Shown here in pieces: positions 26,984 to 29,588 of a stretch of DNA of 29,588 bases. The DNA lies in contig JBARSG010000365.1 in assembly GCA_049644625.1 (NCBI GenBank), forward strand, positions 1 to 29,588. Direction: 5' to 3'. Source of the stretch: Desulfobacterales bacterium. Lineage in GTDB: Bacteria > Desulfobacterota > Desulfobacteria > Desulfobacterales > UBA11574. The notes beneath the pieces were generated by a model. It was not told the origin of the DNA, made no database searches, and saw only the letters and a program-made list of their open reading frames with translations. Numbering within the stretch: position 1 is the stretch's first letter; every line of letters begins with the position of its first letter. The translations under genes and the position numbers were made by a program.

Positions 26984-27628
26984 ATGGAATATAAATTTAA
27001 GTCAAGAATGCCCATACGCATTAAGTATTTGTTCGATCGTTTCGTTGCCTTTACGATCATTATTATGTTACTGCCATTGGGAATATTAATCGTCGCATCG
27101 ATCGTCGTCGAATCGCTCCTCACCGGTGAGCCTCCGCAAATTTTCGTTTCCGAGAAAAGACAGAGCGCCGGCCGAATCTTCCCGTTGCTTAAATTCAGGA
27201 TCTTTAGAGTGAGTTCTCTGCGTCAACACCAGGATAGCAAGGTATCGATAAGTGTCAAGGCGCTTGAGAAGCCAGAGCATCTTACCTGGAGCGGGCAATG
27301 GATGAAGCCCTATTACCTTGACGAGCTTCCGCAGCTGATCAACATCCTACGGGGTGAGATGAGTCTGGTTGGACCCAGACCATATTTTGATGGCGACTGG
27401 CAGCGAGTGCCGCTCCTCGACATCCCAGCCCGCCGATTCCTCAAAGCAGGGCTGGTTGGTCCGTTTCAGGCCGTCAAAGGCCACGTTTCCGGACTTGATT
27501 CGGTAAACGCTCTGGACACAGAGTACTTTCATTTTACCATGTCTGCGTCCTTTTCCACACTTATGATGCGTGATATGAAGCTCATACTGAAGTCCTTCTT
27601 TACCTCCATGCGAGCTGAAGGGCTTTGA
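26984..27628 (+). CDS. Bacterial sugar transferase (small monotopic phosphoglycosyl transferase)
   Basis: IKYLFDR plus a hydrophobic helix containing Pro, LKFR, and catalytic LDELPQLINILRGEMSLVGPRP. Confidence 0.85.
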   Translation: MEYKFKSRMPIRIKYLFDRFVAFTIIIMLLPLGILIVASIVVESLLTGEPPQIFVSEKRQSAGRIFPLLKFRIFRVSSLRQHQDSKVSISVKALEKPEHLTWSGQWMKPYYLDELPQLINILRGEMSLVGPRPYFDGDWQRVPLLDIPARRFLKAGLVGPFQAVKGHVSGLDSVNALDTEYFHFTMSASFSTLMMRDMKLILKSFFTSMRAEGL

Positions 27629-27807
27629 ACACTAACATAATATCCTGGTCGTTGAGAATCATTATAAAATGCTCTCTTATCGATTCCAGATTCCGTAACT
27701 ACACCTTGAATTGTCAAAAAATGAGTATTTCCATCCGAAATTGAACCAGTGCTCTTACCACAACCTCAAGGGAACAACAATTTGCATCAATTACATATAA
27801 AATCCAT

Positions 27808-27849
27808 AAAAAAGCAAAAGGGCAAACCCTGTCATATGGATCTGCCCTT
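27808..27849 (-). terminator. Intrinsic terminator downstream of the PilZ gene
   Basis: Minus strand AAGGGCAGATCC-N8-GGGTTTGCCCTT followed by TTGCTTTTT. Confidence 0.7.
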
Positions 27850-27959
27850 AACGTTAAAAAGACTATAATCCCCTTCATATCAATTTTTGTTTGAGATAGT
27901 TGATGCCTTTGAAAGGGAAACCAAAATGCTGCCTATTCATTTCCTTAAGCATTCTCTAT

Positions 27960-28286
27960 TTACGAGCCTCTTAAACTCATAATATAACATTCTCTGTCAA
28001 AATGCATCGCCATTCCTTTTGAGGTGGAACGTACCAGGCTTCCTTCACATTCTATAAAACTCTTAACTTCCGCCAGTTCTTTAATACTGTCACTCGGTAT
28101 GGTGAGGTTTAATGTAAACCGTGCATCTTCCGGAAAGGAGGAAGACTCCTTGGTATAAACGAATGCTCCGGAAGCAGATATGTTTTTGGTTTCAAGATCA
28201 TAAACTTTTTTTCTGCTTGATGTTATGACTTCTAATCTTGCAGGGAGTGGAGCCGTAAATCTTTTATATTGACGTCTCTCTTTCAT
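27960..28286 (-). CDS. Single-domain PilZ protein
   Basis: ERRQYKRF (RxxxR), NISASGA (D/NxSxxG) and GSLVR...GMAMHF. AAGGAG SD. Confidence 0.88.
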   Translation of the reverse strand: MKERRQYKRFTAPLPARLEVITSSRKKVYDLETKNISASGAFVYTKESSSFPEDARFTLNLTIPSDSIKELAEVKSFIECEGSLVRSTSKGMAMHFDRECYIMSLRGS

Positions 28287-28325
28287 GGATAACTCCTTCC
28301 TTTTCTGAATATTATTGCCTAAATT

Positions 28326-28392
28326 GTTATCTCGGTAATCTTTGATTAGATTTGAGGCTTTCCATACCTATTTTCCGACGCGTTTGGCCGTA
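28326..28392 (-). ncRNA. Degenerate c-di-GMP-I (GEMM)-like riboswitch candidate
   Basis: GGCCAAAC...GGAAA...GGAAAGCC-TCAAATCT-AATCAA-AGAT-TACCGAGAT in the predicted 5' UTR of the PilZ gene. The first hairpin pairs poorly. Confidence 0.35.
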
Positions 28393-28426
28393 TCTTGTTT
28401 TGGATTTGCGGATCTTGAGATTATTA

Positions 28427-28454
28427 ATTATGCATAAAAAAACAATTTTGTCAA
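28427..28454 (-). promoter_or_regulatory. Sigma70-type promoter for the PilZ gene
   Basis: TTGACA-N16-CATAAT on the minus strand, about 140 nt upstream of ATG 28286. Confidence 0.6.
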
Positions 28455-29068
28455 TAAAAATAAATAAAAGCAATTGGTTGTGAATTTTCTTCATGTTTGT
28501 ATGAAACTATTTACCACTTTCTCCTATGAAAATCATTTCCGTCCACCGACACCTAAATTTCCTGTTGCACAACCTTACCATTTGTCACCCTTTTACAGTC
28601 TGGATCCTCAACCAATTGATATCCGATATTGAATGGTTCTTTCCCGTATAAACGGCCTGAATCATTTAATATTTACTATGTGTTTAGTAAATTAAATCAA
28701 TCCTCTTTGATAAGACCCCGACAACCGATCTCCTCCTCGATACCATCCTGCTTTTTCTTATATTTCTTCAAAAGACTGAAAAAACTGTCAAAAATTGGCC
28801 CGATTGTTGTCAAACATTGCCATAATCCCTTCAATCAAACAATTCAAACAATTAAGCTAACTGCTTGATATATAGCCGCTTTTTAAATTTATTAAAATAG
28901 AATGTTCAACCTTGCACGATTCTTGCTTTAAATTAGCTCAACTAATTAGGATTCTCGGGTGCGCGTGCATCTTTTCTGCCGGATATCTTCAAAAATTTAA
29001 TAAAAAGAGAAGATTTACTCCGGTGTCAATAACGGCATTTCGGGATACTATTTAGGTGGTGAGTTATC

Positions 29069-29236
29069 ATGTTTAAACTCTTGCTGATCATTGAAGTAAT
29101 ATTCAAAACATTATTCGTCATTGCAGAAATAGCGGCCATTTTTTGTATGTGGGTTTTTATAGTCGCCTTATTTACTGTGTTTCAAAAAAACGAATTGCCG
29201 GATTTTGAAGATATTGAGGTTAGTAACAGCGGTTGA
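29069..29236 (+). CDS. Small hypothetical membrane protein (55 aa)
   Basis: Hand-translated MFKLLLIIEVIFKTLFVIAEIAAIFCMWVFIVALFTVFQKNELPDFEDIEVSNSG. SD AGGTGGTG upstream; the stop lies 4 nt before the next ATG. Confidence 0.55.
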   Translation: MFKLLLIIEVIFKTLFVIAEIAAIFCMWVFIVALFTVFQKNELPDFEDIEVSNSG

Positions 29237-29240
29237 AACC

Positions 29241-29579
29241 ATGAATAGAGATTCTGCCACAAGCAACTTGACCGAAAGTAAAGCCGAATCAAGAACCATT
29301 TTGGACAATTACTACAGCGTACAATTCACCTTGAGTAGGATGGATCCGGCTTATCTGTTCAAATTGCGAGATATTTCAAATAACGGGCTATGCATTCTGG
29401 TAAAACAAGATTCCACCGTGTTCAGACAACTGAAAGAAGGTGATATATTGGACATGGAATACAATCCGACAAGATCTTCAGGTCCCACCAAACTTTTAAA
29501 AACCCAGATCACATCAAAAAATTGTTATGATCGGTTTAAAGGGCATTCTCTTGTCGAGCTTGCCATCATTGACAATTAG
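29241..29579 (+). CDS. PilZ-like domain protein
   Basis: YYSVQF, YLFKLRDISNNGLCILVK and LKEGDILDMEY. DxSxxG is present and RxxxR is degenerate (KAESR). Start taken as ATG 29241. Confidence 0.7.
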   Translation: MNRDSATSNLTESKAESRTILDNYYSVQFTLSRMDPAYLFKLRDISNNGLCILVKQDSTVFRQLKEGDILDMEYNPTRSSGPTKLLKTQITSKNCYDRFKGHSLVELAIIDN

Positions 29580-29588
29580 GATGGAGAG

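Noticed and set aside
27631..27705. attC-like hairpin after the sugar transferase (CACTAAC...CCAGAT)
   Set aside because: There is no GTT at the R' position and pairing is poor, so the gene cannot be called a cassette.
28912..28927. Sigma54-like TTGCACG-N4-TTGCT upstream of the small ORF and PilZ unit
   Set aside because: The near-invariant GG of the -24 box reads TG.

Overview
The window is mostly housekeeping chromosome; gene content and repeat style suggest a Desulfobacterales-like deltaproteobacterium (inference). Bases 1-14.7 kb form a minus-strand run: RpoH-family sigma factor, TPR and LolB-like lipoproteins, a Mut7-C/RimK/dGTPase/UPF0280 cluster, HIT, LapA, mutS, amidase, enoyl-CoA hydratase and phenylacetate-CoA ligase (paaK). 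Next come tRNA-Arg(UCU), DUF2914, a CdaA-YbbR fused diadenylate cyclase, bactofilin plus a methyltransferase-like gene, PBP1B with an LpoP-like TPR lipoprotein, ihfB and an SH3 protein. An AT-rich accessory stretch from about 24.4 kb holds a K+ channel, ihfA, an orphan phosphoglycosyl transferase and two PilZ-type genes. The strongest unannotated signal is a complete candidate phenylalanine-sensing transcription attenuator before paaK: a promoter, a 28-aa leader with 9 Phe, five mutually exclusive pairing segments and a terminator. It would imply a biosynthetic (Phe-supplying) role for this ligase. Also seen: a solitary integron attC site, a D-arm-less tRNA remnant at the accessory boundary, a degenerate c-di-GMP-I-like riboswitch before a PilZ gene, an unannotated 55-aa membrane protein, and nested MITE and heptamer repeat elements. 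All calls were made by eye from motifs; no database searches were run.
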